Shown piece after piece: positions 1-9,319 of a DNA stretch of 17,445 nucleotides. Below the pieces are notes generated by a model. The model was given only the letters and a program-made list of their open reading frames with translations. It did not search any database and was not told where the DNA came from. The stretch's first letter is position 1. Every line of letters starts with the position of its first letter. The DNA comes from an uncultured Halobacteria archaeon (GTDB lineage: Archaea > Halobacteriota > Syntropharchaeia > Alkanophagales > Methanospirareceae): assembly GCA_964578735.1 (NCBI GenBank), contig CAZOEM010000009.1, forward strand, positions 1 through 17,445, read 5' to 3'. Both the position numbers and the translations under genes were made by a program.

Positions 1-48
1 GCGAGCTATTGTATATACGGGATATTGTAGCCTATAAAACCCATAATG

Positions 49-177
49 TCAGGCTATAATGATCGTGTTATTACTCTGGTCTTCTCCGGCTGCCATCCCT
101 ATGGGGGTTATCCCGATAACCAGCCCTATTGCTACAACGAGAAATAACGCATAAGCTATTTCCCTATCTATTTCCAT
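49..177 (-). CDS. hypothetical small membrane peptide (42 aa)
   Basis: Below the ORF-track size cutoff, so translated by hand on the minus strand. ATG at 177, product MEIDREIAYALFLVVAIGLVIGITPIGMAAGEDQSNNTIIIA, TGA at 51-49. A GGAGGTG Shine-Dalgarno-like motif (188-194, minus strand) lies about 10 nt upstream. One hydrophobic helix. No family recognised. Confidence 0.35.
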   Translation of the reverse strand: MEIDREIAYALFLVVAIGLVIGITPIGMAAGEDQSNNTIIIA

Positions 178-281
178 TTCTTTTTAACACCTCCTTGTGT
201 CTTGCTATAATACATAGTAGTTTATAAGTCAATAGCTTACTTAAAAAGCTTCGACATTTTTTTTACGAATCGAAAGTTAAT

Positions 282-1433
282 TTAATAGTTTTGCATCTTC
301 CTGAAGATAGTCGGACAGCTTATACAGGTTATTATCGCAAGCAATATAATTGCCGATTCCATTGTTGCATCTATCAATCCGAGTTCCAAACCAACAGCAG
401 CCATAGCAATTATCAAGCTCAATCGCGAAGAGAGTAACACACCTGCGGATATGCTATCCTTCACTGAATAACGAACGATAAAAAGCAGCGACGGGACTAG
501 CTTCACCACAAATGCGGTTACAAGTAACATAGGTACAAGATAAATCCCTCCTCCTGCTAGTGCTCCCAGATCAAACTGCATACCAACGGTTATAAAGAAT
601 AGGGGTATGAGGAATCCGTAACCAATCCCGAAGAGTTTCTGTTCGAGCACTGTCCCACCGCGGAACAATAGGGAAAACATCACACCAGCGAGAAACGCAC
701 CCAGTATAGCCTCGACATCTGCTATCTCGGATATGGCAACGAATACGAGCAATAATGCGAATGCGGCCCTTACGCCCATCTCTGACGGCTGGTCGGATTT
801 GAACCAAGCAGAAAGACGCTCGGGATAATGCCAAATCACAAGCTTACCCAGGTAATACACGGTGAAAAACAGAATGAAAACGAGCGCAATTAAAAACATC
901 CCCTCTGTGATTCCTTTTTTAATCTGTATCGTGTAGCCCGTAAGGAGCAGCGTGGTAGTAAAATCAGCAATGAATGCTGATATGAGTATCGTCTGCCCAA
1001 ATTCACTCTTTAACATCCCTAGTTCCCGAATCGTTGGGACAATCAATCCTACTGCGGTGGTTGAGAGGACAAGGGCAAGATAAAAGCCATAGCCCTGTAG
1101 ATGTGTCAGGAATATTGAAATGCCAAGCGTGGCGATGAATACAAATGTACCGATGATAAAAAGTCTCGCTCCATGTACCTCAACCATAGAAAAATCTATC
1201 TCCAGCCCTACTAAAAACATCAGAAATATAAGTCCAAAGCTTGCAAGAAAATCTATTACTATCCTCCCTTCCGCTTCGATTGAGAACCCTAAAAGCCCTA
1301 GTAGGATTCCACATAGAATCTCTCCAACCACTGCGGGAACGCCGATTCTACCGGAAAGAATCGGGATGATGAATGCAAAGACCGCGATTAGCAACAGGAG
1401 TATATACGAACTTATTATTATGGTCATCGTCAT
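282..1433 (-). CDS. cation:proton antiporter, CPA2 / Kef-NapA type (Na+/H+ exchanger family), 383 aa
   Basis: The ORF is hydrophobic throughout, with about 11-12 predicted TM helices. The N-terminus RIGVPAVVGEILCGILLGLLG is typical of Na_H_Exchanger/Kef proteins. It sits 10 nt downstream of a TrkA-N regulator gene on the same strand. Confidence 0.85.
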   Translation of the reverse strand: MTMTIIISSYILLLLIAVFAFIIPILSGRIGVPAVVGEILCGILLGLLGFSIEAEGRIVIDFLASFGLIFLMFLVGLEIDFSMVEVHGARLFIIGTFVFIATLGISIFLTHLQGYGFYLALVLSTTAVGLIVPTIRELGMLKSEFGQTILISAFIADFTTTLLLTGYTIQIKKGITEGMFLIALVFILFFTVYYLGKLVIWHYPERLSAWFKSDQPSEMGVRAAFALLLVFVAISEIADVEAILGAFLAGVMFSLLFRGGTVLEQKLFGIGYGFLIPLFFITVGMQFDLGALAGGGIYLVPMLLVTAFVVKLVPSLLFIVRYSVKDSISAGVLLSSRLSLIIAMAAVGLELGLIDATMESAIILLAIITCISCPTIFRKMQNY

Positions 1434-1443
1434 ATCTTATCTG

Positions 1444-2595
1444 TCACACCGCGGTTAGCACAGAACAGGGGGCGTCATTTATTATTCTCCTTAATATATC
1501 TGATCCCATAACTCCTTTTCCTTGCCCGGGAATTACGACAAGTTCGTAATTACCACTTTTTACTTCCTTTATCGCTTCTATCCTTGGGTTACCTTCCACC
1601 CGCTTCTCTATAATCTGTACGTTTCCTTCTTCGCCCAACTTTCTTATACTCTTTATTAACTCACTCGGGACCTCCTCCAGGAAGAGTAAATGAAGGTCGG
1701 AACTGCACATATGCGCCATCTGAACTGCGTATCTGCCAACGCTCTCTGACGTATCTGAAGAATCGAGTATGGCAAGAATAGTTTCGTAATACCGGAAGGT
1801 CCTTGCTACAAGGACGGGACAGGAAGCGGATTTGATTAACCCCAAAACGACACTCCGTTTAAATACCTTATCCAATATACCCAGCTCTTCATGGTCTATT
1901 ACTATACAATCCGGGTGATATGGTTGCCCTTTTGTCTCTAAGTTCATTATCACTCCTTCCGGATAACGCCCGTGTTTCTTTACAATATCGGTCAGTTTTT
2001 CCTCTTCCAACAGGATTTTTAGTGGTACGCTTCTTACCATAGCCATGAATTTCATTTCCTGGCTGTCTATATCCGGAGAAGATACAGCAGTGACCTCTGC
2101 CTTTGCTACGGAAGCAACTAACAACGCTTCTTTGAACGCTTTCTCAACCGCATTATTATCCAATATGAGAACGAGGATTTTAGTGAATTGTATGTGATTC
2201 GCTGTAGCATCAGAGCGCATCAGATCGCTGATGAGATTTGCTACTATCCTTGTAGGAAACATGAGGTATTGAATGCCCAGCTCCTGGAATCGCTCTCTAT
2301 TCTCCTGATATTCTACCCGAACAATTATCTTTTGTACTCCGTGCTTCTTCGCAATGGCTGCAGCTCGGTAATTGACGTCGTCATCGTTTGTGAGCGAAAT
2401 AAAGGTCTTTGCATCTTTCAAACCCACTTGCATTAACAGTTCTTCATCAGTTCCGTCACCGATAATCACCTCGACACCCGCTAATTCCGATAGCTCTTCT
2501 GCTTTTTCCGGTTTTATCTCGATTATTACTGTCTCGTGCAACTGTACCGCTAGCTCTCTTCCTGCTCTACCACCACCAACAATGATATTTCTCAT
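1444..2595 (-). CDS. TrkA-N (RCK/KTN, NAD-binding) domain protein fused to two universal-stress-protein-like domains; probable regulator of the downstream antiporter
   Basis: The N-terminus MRNIIVGGGRAGRELAVQL carries a Rossmann GxGxxG motif as in TrkA-N. Two USP-like C-terminal signatures follow: LGLIKSASCPVLVAR and GSDILRRIINDAPCSVLTAV. The stop lies 10 nt from the antiporter start. Confidence 0.75.
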   Translation of the reverse strand: MRNIIVGGGRAGRELAVQLHETVIIEIKPEKAEELSELAGVEVIIGDGTDEELLMQVGLKDAKTFISLTNDDDVNYRAAAIAKKHGVQKIIVRVEYQENRERFQELGIQYLMFPTRIVANLISDLMRSDATANHIQFTKILVLILDNNAVEKAFKEALLVASVAKAEVTAVSSPDIDSQEMKFMAMVRSVPLKILLEEEKLTDIVKKHGRYPEGVIMNLETKGQPYHPDCIVIDHEELGILDKVFKRSVVLGLIKSASCPVLVARTFRYYETILAILDSSDTSESVGRYAVQMAHMCSSDLHLLFLEEVPSELIKSIRKLGEEGNVQIIEKRVEGNPRIEAIKEVKSGNYELVVIPGQGKGVMGSDILRRIINDAPCSVLTAV

Positions 2596-2668
2596 TTCTT
2601 CTTCTCTCTCTCTTTGCTTTCGACGGAACTAATCTAATAGAAATTACCCTATCCAAGTTTAAGAATCT

Positions 2669-2676
2669 ATTTATAG
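2669..2676 (+). promoter_or_regulatory. TATA-box-like element upstream of polB
   Basis: ATTTATAG lies about 49 nt upstream of the ATG at 2725, and a purine-rich RBS (GAAAGGAAG) lies between them. The GTG at 2680 offered by the ORF track is only 4 nt past this box, which argues for the 2725 start. Confidence 0.4.
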
Positions 2677-2724
2677 TACGTGCATTGCAAAGATGTATTT
2701 ACTGTAAGCGAGAAAGGAAGAAAA

Positions 2725-5214
2725 ATGGGGGAAGAGGGTTTTCTGCTGGACATTGATTACATAACGGAAAAAGACGAGAAAGGTACTGAAAAGCCGGTTA
2801 TAAGACTATGGTGCAAGAGCAAAGAGGGTGCGGATTTTATCGTTTTGGACAGGAATTTTGAGCCTTACTTTTATGCTTTCTCTTCTTACGCTAATGGTCA
2901 CTATATAGAAGGAAAGAAGAGACAGATAGAAGAAATTGCTATAGCAAGAGAAGAGGAAACGATAAGAGTTAAGCGAGTGGAATTATGCCAGAAGAAATTC
3001 CTCGGGGTCAATCAGAACGGCTTAAAAATTTTCACTTCACATCCGAGGCATGTTCCGCTATTGCGAGAGGCAGTCAGTAGGGTGGGGCTTACCGTGTTGG
3101 AAGCGGATATTCTATTTGCAATTCGGTACTTGATAGACAAGCAGTTGAGACCTTTTGACGGTATAATTGTAGAAGGTGAAGGAGTAGAGCTGAGCTATGG
3201 GACGGCTATTGTCGCTTCCAGGGTGAGCTATAATAAGATGGAAGGGCTCCCGGCACTCAAAATTCTCGCTTTTGATTGCGAGATGGCTACTCAGGGCGGC
3301 TATGGCATGCCATCACCTGCAAGAGACCCTATAATAATCATTTCCGTTGCATATTACGAGGGAGAAGAGGTAAAGTCGAAGTTGTTTGTGATAGATGATG
3401 GAGATTATGCACGTGGTGACGATGAAAAGCTACTACGCGATTTTTTGGACTTCGTAGGATATTTACAGCCGAACATCATTGTGGGCTATAATTCAGACGG
3501 TTTTGATTGGCAATATATACGTGAGCGAGCAAAATTGTACGGGCTTCGTCTGCGTGTGGGCGCAGATGGCAGTACGGTCCGTTTTGAAAAAGGGGGCGCA
3601 TTGCCGGGAGTAAATATTAGAGGCCGGTTAAATGTAGACCTTTTCAAGCTTGCAAAGCGAGACCTGGACAGCGTGAAGGTAAAGAAATTAGAAAATGTAG
3701 CTGAATTTCTCGGCGTAGTGCGTAAAACGGAGCGCGTGAATTTATTGCCGCGCGAGATTAACGAAAGCTGGTTTAATGTCTCTGGACGAGAGCGATTATA
3801 CGAATATGCAGAAGCAGATGCGGTCAGCGCATTGGGGATAGCGGGGAAGATGTTACCGCTACAAATCGAGCTGTCTAAAATGGTTGGTTATCCGCCGGAC
3901 GAGCTAGCAAAGATGGGTAGAGGCCGTCAGGTAGAAGCTTTTTTGACTGCGGAGGCATTTAAACGGGGTGAGCTGGTGCCGCCGAAAGGGGGATCGGAAA
4001 AGACATTCGAGGGCGGTTTCGTGCTTCTGCCGGAAAAGGGCCTGCACGAAGATGTCATCGCTCTCGACTTCTCTTCTATGTACCCGACCATCATGATCTC
4101 TTTTAACATCTCGCCCGATACTTTTGTTGATGCTATGGAAGCCAGGGAAGAGGACGTGTATGTCGCACCGGAAGTGGGCCATGCATTCAGGAAAGCGCCG
4201 GATGGATTCTTTAAAAGGATAATGAGCGATTTGATTACGAGAAGGAGAGCGATAAAGGCGGATATGAAAAGCTATGAAAAAGCGAGTGATGAATATCGCC
4301 TTTTAGACATACAACAGCAAAGTGTCAAGATACTCACGAACAGCTTTTATGGCTACACCGGGTGGAGTGCGGCGAAGTTTTACAAGCGAGAATGCGAGGA
4401 AGCGACAACGGCATGGGGGCGCCATTTCATAAAGCGAGCAGTGAAAATGGCAGAAGAGTCCGGGTTCAAGGTTATTTATGGCGATACCGATAGCATATTC
4501 GTAAAATTCCCGCTTGAGGTCGATGGCGGTAGAAAAGAAGTGATATTGGCGAAGGCGGAAGAGATTTCCGCGCGAATAACAAAAGAACTCCCGCTTGAAC
4601 TCGCATTCCAGGATTTCTTCAAAACCATCTTCTTTACGGGAAAGAAGAAGCGGTATGCCGCGCTTACCGATAAGGGTGAAATCGTGGTTCGGGGATTAGA
4701 AGTGCGCCGTGGAGACTGGTGCGAGCTGGCGAAGGAGGTACAGACGGAAGTAATAGAGCTCATTTTAAGGGATAAAGACCCGGAGAAGGCAATGGCATAT
4801 GTTAAAAGCGTAATAAGGGACTTAGAACAGGGGAATTTACCCGTGCATAAGCTGATAATTCACAAATCGCTCACTCGAAAGATAAGTGCGTATGATACGA
4901 AACAAGCGCATGTTATAGCAGCGGAAAGGGCTTTGGCTTCTTCGTCTCATATTACATACGAGGTGGGCTCAAAAGTCCCTTATGTGATACTAAAAGGCGC
5001 GGGGAAGACAAGTGATCGCGCTTTTCCCATCGATATTATGGAGCGAAGCGAAAGGAATGCAATATACGCGGAGGGGAAAAGCCATCAGATTGACGTCTCT
5101 TATTATCTCCTGCATCAAGTAATACCTGTTGCCCATAGGGTGCTGCAACTTTTTGGTTATGTCACTTCATCTTTTGCGGTGGGGGGGCAGAAGACATTAG
5201 GGGATTGGTTTTGA
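2725..5214 (+). CDS. polB: family-B DNA polymerase (archaeal PolB), 829 aa from the ATG at 2725
   Basis: Exonuclease motifs FDCEM (Exo I) and YNSDGFDWQY (Exo II) are present. Polymerase motifs are DFSSMYPTIM (A), KILTNSFYGY (B) and YGDTDS (C). No intein-like insertions were seen. Confidence 0.95.
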   Translation: MGEEGFLLDIDYITEKDEKGTEKPVIRLWCKSKEGADFIVLDRNFEPYFYAFSSYANGHYIEGKKRQIEEIAIAREEETIRVKRVELCQKKFLGVNQNGLKIFTSHPRHVPLLREAVSRVGLTVLEADILFAIRYLIDKQLRPFDGIIVEGEGVELSYGTAIVASRVSYNKMEGLPALKILAFDCEMATQGGYGMPSPARDPIIIISVAYYEGEEVKSKLFVIDDGDYARGDDEKLLRDFLDFVGYLQPNIIVGYNSDGFDWQYIRERAKLYGLRLRVGADGSTVRFEKGGALPGVNIRGRLNVDLFKLAKRDLDSVKVKKLENVAEFLGVVRKTERVNLLPREINESWFNVSGRERLYEYAEADAVSALGIAGKMLPLQIELSKMVGYPPDELAKMGRGRQVEAFLTAEAFKRGELVPPKGGSEKTFEGGFVLLPEKGLHEDVIALDFSSMYPTIMISFNISPDTFVDAMEAREEDVYVAPEVGHAFRKAPDGFFKRIMSDLITRRRAIKADMKSYEKASDEYRLLDIQQQSVKILTNSFYGYTGWSAAKFYKRECEEATTAWGRHFIKRAVKMAEESGFKVIYGDTDSIFVKFPLEVDGGRKEVILAKAEEISARITKELPLELAFQDFFKTIFFTGKKKRYAALTDKGEIVVRGLEVRRGDWCELAKEVQTEVIELILRDKDPEKAMAYVKSVIRDLEQGNLPVHKLIIHKSLTRKISAYDTKQAHVIAAERALASSSHITYEVGSKVPYVILKGAGKTSDRAFPIDIMERSERNAIYAEGKSHQIDVSYYLLHQVIPVAHRVLQLFGYVTSSFAVGGQKTLGDWF

Positions 5215-5237
5215 TGATGTTACTAAGGTCAAGTAAC

Positions 5238-5254
5238 CGAAAAGCTTTTATATA
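5238..5254 (+). promoter_or_regulatory. BRE/TATA promoter of the histone gene
   Basis: CCGAAAAGC (BRE-like) is followed by TTTATATA (5247-5254). This lies about 31 nt upstream of the ATG at 5285, implying a very short or absent leader. The ORF-track start at 5273 would then lie upstream of the expected transcription start. Confidence 0.55.
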
Positions 5255-5284
5255 CCCACCCATTATCTTATCATGGTAATAAAA

Positions 5285-5485
5285 ATGGCTGAACTACCTA
5301 TAGCACCTGTAACCAGGTTGGTGAGAAATGCCGGAGCAGAGCGAGTAAGCGAAGAAGCAAGTATGGCGCTAGTAGAGCTTTTAGAGGCAGAGGGCGAGAA
5401 AATAGCTGCAAAAGCGGTAAGCCTCGCTAAACACGCCGGAAGGAAGACAGTAAAAAAGGAAGACATCGACGAAGCAGTAGCATAA
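5285..5485 (+). CDS. archaeal histone (HMfA/B family), 66 aa
   Basis: MAELPIAPVTRLVRNAGAERVSEEA...AKHAGRKTVKKEDIDEAV aligns closely from memory with HMfB ([24 protein letters not shown]...ARHAGRKTIKAEDIELAV). Confidence 0.9.
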   Translation: MAELPIAPVTRLVRNAGAERVSEEASMALVELLEAEGEKIAAKAVSLAKHAGRKTVKKEDIDEAVA

Positions 5486-5508
5486 ACCAAAAAGGGTAAT
5501 GTAATTTG

Positions 5509-5545
5509 AAGGGTAATTAGTAAATTTACCCTTTATTTCATTTTT

Positions 5546-5547
<2 letters not shown>
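5509..5547. terminator. hairpin plus T-run between the convergent histone and nadM genes
   Basis: AAGGGTAA (5509-5516) pairs with TTACCCTT (5526-5533) across a 9-nt loop. This is followed by TTTATTTCATTTTTTT, and the T7 run abuts the nadM stop codon. Confidence 0.45.
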
Positions 5548-6127
<580 letters not shown>

Positions 6128-6144
6128 TTAACGAGTGGGTTTAT

Positions 6145-6152
6145 TTTATATA
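6145..6152 (+). promoter_or_regulatory. TATA-box-like element upstream of the DJ-1/PfpI gene
   Basis: TTTATATA lies about 58 nt upstream of the ATG at 6210, and a GGGGGGAG RBS lies 6-13 nt before the start. Confidence 0.35.
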
Positions 6153-6209
6153 AATAGATGTCTATAGGTAAGTATACGGAATAACAAAGGAAAAGGGGGG
6201 AGATTTGGA

Positions 6210-6758
6210 ATGACTAAAGCGGTATTATTTTTAGCTACGGGATTTGAGGATATTGAAGTTGCAAGTATTATCGATACGCTCAGTAGAGGCGGAGTAGAAG
6301 TAGTAATTGCAGGCCTACAAGCAGGAGCTGTTGAGGGTAAGTATAGAATAAAAGTGGTTCCTGATATATCGATTGATGAGATAGAGCTCGAGAAATACGA
6401 TGCTATCATTTTACCGGGCGGATACCCGGGCTATGCTAATCTTGGAGCTGATAGGAGAGTTTTAGAGGCGGTAAAAAAAGCATTTGAAATAGGGATATTC
6501 GTGGCTGCTATTTGTGGGGCGCCTTCGGTCTTAGCAAAGGCAGGGGTATTAAACGGTAAGAAAGCGACGATTTATCCGGGGATGGAAGCGGAGTTGAGAG
6601 GGGCGAAGCCAGGTAATGAGCGAGTTGTAGTTGATGGTACGATTGTTACCAGCCAGGGTCCGGGTACGGCAATAGAATTCGGAGTGAAATTAGTAGAGAT
6701 ATTAGCAGGCGAGAAGAAAGCCCAAGCGCTTAAAAACGAACTCGTAGCGAATTATTAA
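6210..6758 (+). CDS. DJ-1/PfpI (ThiJ/YajL-type) family protein, 182 aa
   Basis: The layout is that of a class I glutamine-amidotransferase-like fold. It has the nucleophile-elbow Cys in VAAICGAPSVLA, LPGG upstream and TSQGPGTAIEF downstream, all typical of DJ-1/ThiJ. Confidence 0.85.
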   Translation: MTKAVLFLATGFEDIEVASIIDTLSRGGVEVVIAGLQAGAVEGKYRIKVVPDISIDEIELEKYDAIILPGGYPGYANLGADRRVLEAVKKAFEIGIFVAAICGAPSVLAKAGVLNGKKATIYPGMEAELRGAKPGNERVVVDGTIVTSQGPGTAIEFGVKLVEILAGEKKAQALKNELVANY

Positions 6759-6895
6759 GGCAACAAATAAAAGGAGGATAATAAAAATCACCCAAATCCT
6801 GGTCCTTTCTGTCATGGAAATACAGAGGCATCGGCGGCATAAAGGCAACGGGTATTACCAGGTAGATGATAGAGGTAGGGGTATCCTTTAGTTAT

Positions 6896-7198
6896 TTACT
6901 CTAATTCCAGTTTGATACCGCCAACGCGTGGAGCTAGTACATTGTAGAGTATCGCGAATATAGCGTATATTATAAACACCAGTATGAAAGTCACCACGGG
7001 AAATACTATTAACGCTGCGATTCCTAAGCCCGCTATTCTTATCCCTGCCGGTTCCGCTGCGCCAGGTATTGCACCTATGAATGCACCCATTGTCGCCACG
7101 TAAATTATTGCAACGACAAAAGCCAGTACTGCCTCAATCAATGCTAGCATTAAAGCAAAAGGCACCACTGGTACCTTTTTTATCGTTTTTGTTTCCAC
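6896..7198 (-). CDS. hypothetical membrane protein, 100 aa, about 3 TM helices
   Basis: GTG start preceded by GGGGGTGAG with 9-nt spacing. TTTATAAA lies about 70 nt upstream. The sequence is strongly hydrophobic (Ala/Ile/Val/Gly-rich). No family recognised. Confidence 0.55.
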   Translation of the reverse strand: METKTIKKVPVVPFALMLALIEAVLAFVVAIIYVATMGAFIGAIPGAAEPAGIRIAGLGIAALIVFPVVTFILVFIIYAIFAILYNVLAPRVGGIKLELE

Positions 7199-7316
7199 TT
7201 TTTTTTCTCACCCCCTTAAATTTATTTTAAACATTTAACTTACTAAAAGGGGCATAGGGAAATACCACTTTATAAACTTTTCGGTTATATTAAATTAATA
7301 TCGCCTGACGTTCACT

Positions 7317-8360
7317 TCACAGTTTCATCCTACCTACATCCACGTATCTTATCCCATCCGCTACGGTAAACGCGAATATCATCCTCTTCCTTACGCCGTG
7401 TGCGAGCCTTACAGCCCTTGATAGTTCCGGCAATGAGAAAACATGCTCTTCGGAGAGCACGTGGACTAAATACAACGAGTGTTTCAGTTGCATCGCTTTG
7501 TAGACCCGGAAATGAGAACCGAACTTGAACCCCGTCTTCACCATCTGTCCCTTTTCCATCAAGTCCTCGTAAACTGCATATTTATCTGCAAAATCCGCTT
7601 CTATTCCGCTTGCATATTCGATGAATCGCTCAAAGGGTTGAGAGTTGAGAGTTGAGAGTTGAGGCGCTACTTCTATCTCTAGCATACCTTTTCGCATCAG
7701 AAAAGCAGCTTCGAGAAAAGAGAGCAGCAGCCGCTTCTCTTTCGTTAAATTACCATAAAAATAGGTCCTGTAAAGAGTCTCGGCCAAATCAGCATCCCAT
7801 AGGACTACACGATCACCGAACAGGGTCGCTTTTACTTTTACATTTAGCTCTTCTTTTCTCGCTTCCGGCCTCTCAAACTTAGCGTCTTTCACTTCATAGT
7901 ATGTGATGTCGCTTTCTTCATCAACAACAGCAATAATGGGCTCTTTTCGCATGTTCCGAGCTAAAATAAGCAGCTCCACTAATTCTTTCAACGATATAGT
8001 ATCGCTTTCCGATAGAATACGGATAAAATGTCTCGCGGGCTTCTCGCCTGGCTTAACGCCACGAGGATAAAGCCAAAAATCTACTCCGCCTGGCTGCACT
8101 ACATAGCCTCGCTCTTTCAAGTCATTGTAGACGAGGTATCTCAATCCGAACTCTGGTGAGAGGACCAATGCACGTTTAAAGAACTCGTCCGGATTTATCT
8201 TGTTCCCTTCTTCATCTCTTATCTCTATCTTATCCGTTTCAAGCAGGCCAGCAGCTTCTTCCAACTCTAACCGGCCCCTTTTTCTATCGTGCCCTCTCGC
8301 CGGGGCATCTGCTTCTGACCCCGCTACTATAACCTTCCCGCCTGAAAGTACTCCTTGCAT
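7317..8360 (-). CDS. endA: tRNA-splicing endonuclease, tandem-duplicated (alpha2-type) EndA, 347 aa
   Basis: Two EndA repeats are present. The N-terminal repeat has YLVYNDLKERGYVVQPGGVDFWLYPRG. The C-terminal catalytic repeat has YAVYEDLMEKGQMVKTGFKFGSHFRVYK...KHSLYLVHV...RLAHGVRKRMIFA, which holds the conserved Tyr/His/Lys context. The length matches the Archaeoglobus/Methanosarcinales/haloarchaeal type. Confidence 0.85.
   Translation of the reverse strand: MQGVLSGGKVIVAGSEADAPARGHDRKRGRLELEEAAGLLETDKIEIRDEEGNKINPDEFFKRALVLSPEFGLRYLVYNDLKERGYVVQPGGVDFWLYPRGVKPGEKPARHFIRILSESDTISLKELVELLILARNMRKEPIIAVVDEESDITYYEVKDAKFERPEARKEELNVKVKATLFGDRVVLWDADLAETLYRTYFYGNLTKEKRLLLSFLEAAFLMRKGMLEIEVAPQLSTLNSQPFERFIEYASGIEADFADKYAVYEDLMEKGQMVKTGFKFGSHFRVYKAMQLKHSLYLVHVLSEEHVFSLPELSRAVRLAHGVRKRMIFAFTVADGIRYVDVGRMKL
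7637..7664. repeat. heptanucleotide tandem repeat inside endA: (GTTGAGA)x3 + GTTGAGG
   Basis: Read directly from the sequence. Copies lie at 7637-7643, 7644-7650, 7651-7657 (all perfect) and 7658-7664 (one change). On the minus strand it encodes PQLSTLNSQP between the two EndA repeats. Confidence 0.9.
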
Positions 8361-8386
8361 CTATAATATAGCTTCTTTGTATTTGT

Positions 8387-8833
8387 TTACAATATCGTAA
8401 TTATAGCAATACCGAAAGCAAGTGTTATCCCCATCCCAAAAAGAATTAATGACATAGCAAACATGTGCAAAGTCTTTAGATCGCTTATCCCAGATAGCAG
8501 CGATGAGTTCAGGTCAGTTAGCCCAAAAAGAATTTGCGCCTGGGTTATATCTGACTCGGATGTGAGATTTTCCCCCCTCCTTTTTATTTCCTCCTTTATC
8601 TTCTTCGTCTCTTTTAATATCTTTATCACTTCTTCTACCCGGTCCTTCTCGCTCTCCTCTGCCCGTTCCTTCTTCATTCTTCGCAGAAAAAAGAACGCAT
8701 AAGCGAAAGCAAAAGCTGCGAGAATGAGCGCCAGAGCTACAAAAGTGTATCCTATCATCCTGTTCAACGGTATATTACCATTTAATACTGTCGCTACCTC
8801 AACGCCTGCTGCAAGCACCAATACGAAAATCAT
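8387..8833 (-). CDS. hypothetical membrane protein with a central charged coiled-coil segment, 148 aa
   Basis: Two N-terminal TM helices are followed by the Lys/Glu-rich helix RRMKKERAEESEKDRVEEVIKILKETKKIKEEIKRRGE and a C-terminal TM helix. No family recognised. Confidence 0.5.
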   Translation of the reverse strand: MIFVLVLAAGVEVATVLNGNIPLNRMIGYTFVALALILAAFAFAYAFFFLRRMKKERAEESEKDRVEEVIKILKETKKIKEEIKRRGENLTSESDITQAQILFGLTDLNSSLLSGISDLKTLHMFAMSLILFGMGITLAFGIAIITIL

Positions 8834-9319
8834 CTTTCTTCTTTTTTATATCTGTATCGCAGATTCATAAACCTTCTATACAAACATAAATAAGCTTTTT
8901 GTTCCGCCATTCAAAGAGGTCAACAAAGATTCAACATATGTCAAAAGGCAGAAGTAAGGGCTCTACCTTTATTTAAAGTTATCTACAAGGCATATACGTT
9001 TGTCCAAAAAATAACTTGCATACTTCTGTTTATTTCATAGGTTAGAGTTACGGAAAGCCCGAAAAATGTTATATGATCATAACATATGATAGAAAAGTAT
9101 GCCCCAAGTGTGTAGAATGGGGACACCGAGGGGGTGGAAGAAGAATCGTATGGGTACTTATTTTGGAGATACGAAAAAACCCGAAAACTTTATAAACTCT
9201 CCTATCAGTGGTAGCTGTATAGTATACCTGAAAAGGCTACTATAAATAGGCAGAAGGGAAGCTACAGTGAAATGTAGCGGAAATATGGTGAAAAAAAAGT
9301 AGGAGGTGATAAACGAAAA

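Noticed and set aside
2680-2724. ORF-track start of polB at GTG 2680 (MHCKDVFTVSEKGRK...)
   Set aside because: The GTG lies 4 nt after the TATA-like box. The in-frame ATG at 2725 has a purine-rich RBS, and the conserved PolB N-terminus begins there. Similar trimming was applied to the histone (5273 to 5285), nadM (6079 to 6058), paralog 3 (15771 to 15792) and the membrane protein (16030 to 16111).
571-5490. Antisense or alternative-frame ORFs inside the antiporter, TrkA-USP, polB and histone genes (571-834, 1120-1458, 2188-2436, 2372-2632, 3904-4182, 3927-4109, 4476-4763, 5263-5490)
   Set aside because: Each lies wholly within a confidently recognised gene on the opposite strand or in another frame. 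Their compositions are low-complexity (Ser/Arg/Ile-rich), and none has an RBS or recognisable family.
6771-6893. Strong AAGGAGGA motif after the DJ-1 gene, and a 25-codon ORF (MEIQRHRRHKGNGYYQVDDRGRGIL)
   Set aside because: No ATG, GTG or TTG lies at a suitable distance from the SD-like motif. The small ORF further downstream has no RBS of its own. The evidence is insufficient to call a gene.
9099-9245. 48-codon ORF (MPQVCRMGTPRGWKKNRMGTYFGD...) in the long spacer upstream of the octahaem cytochrome
   Set aside because: It has no RBS, it overlaps both TATA-like boxes of the cytochrome gene, and it has no hydrophobic or recognisable features. It is probably non-coding leader or promoter DNA.
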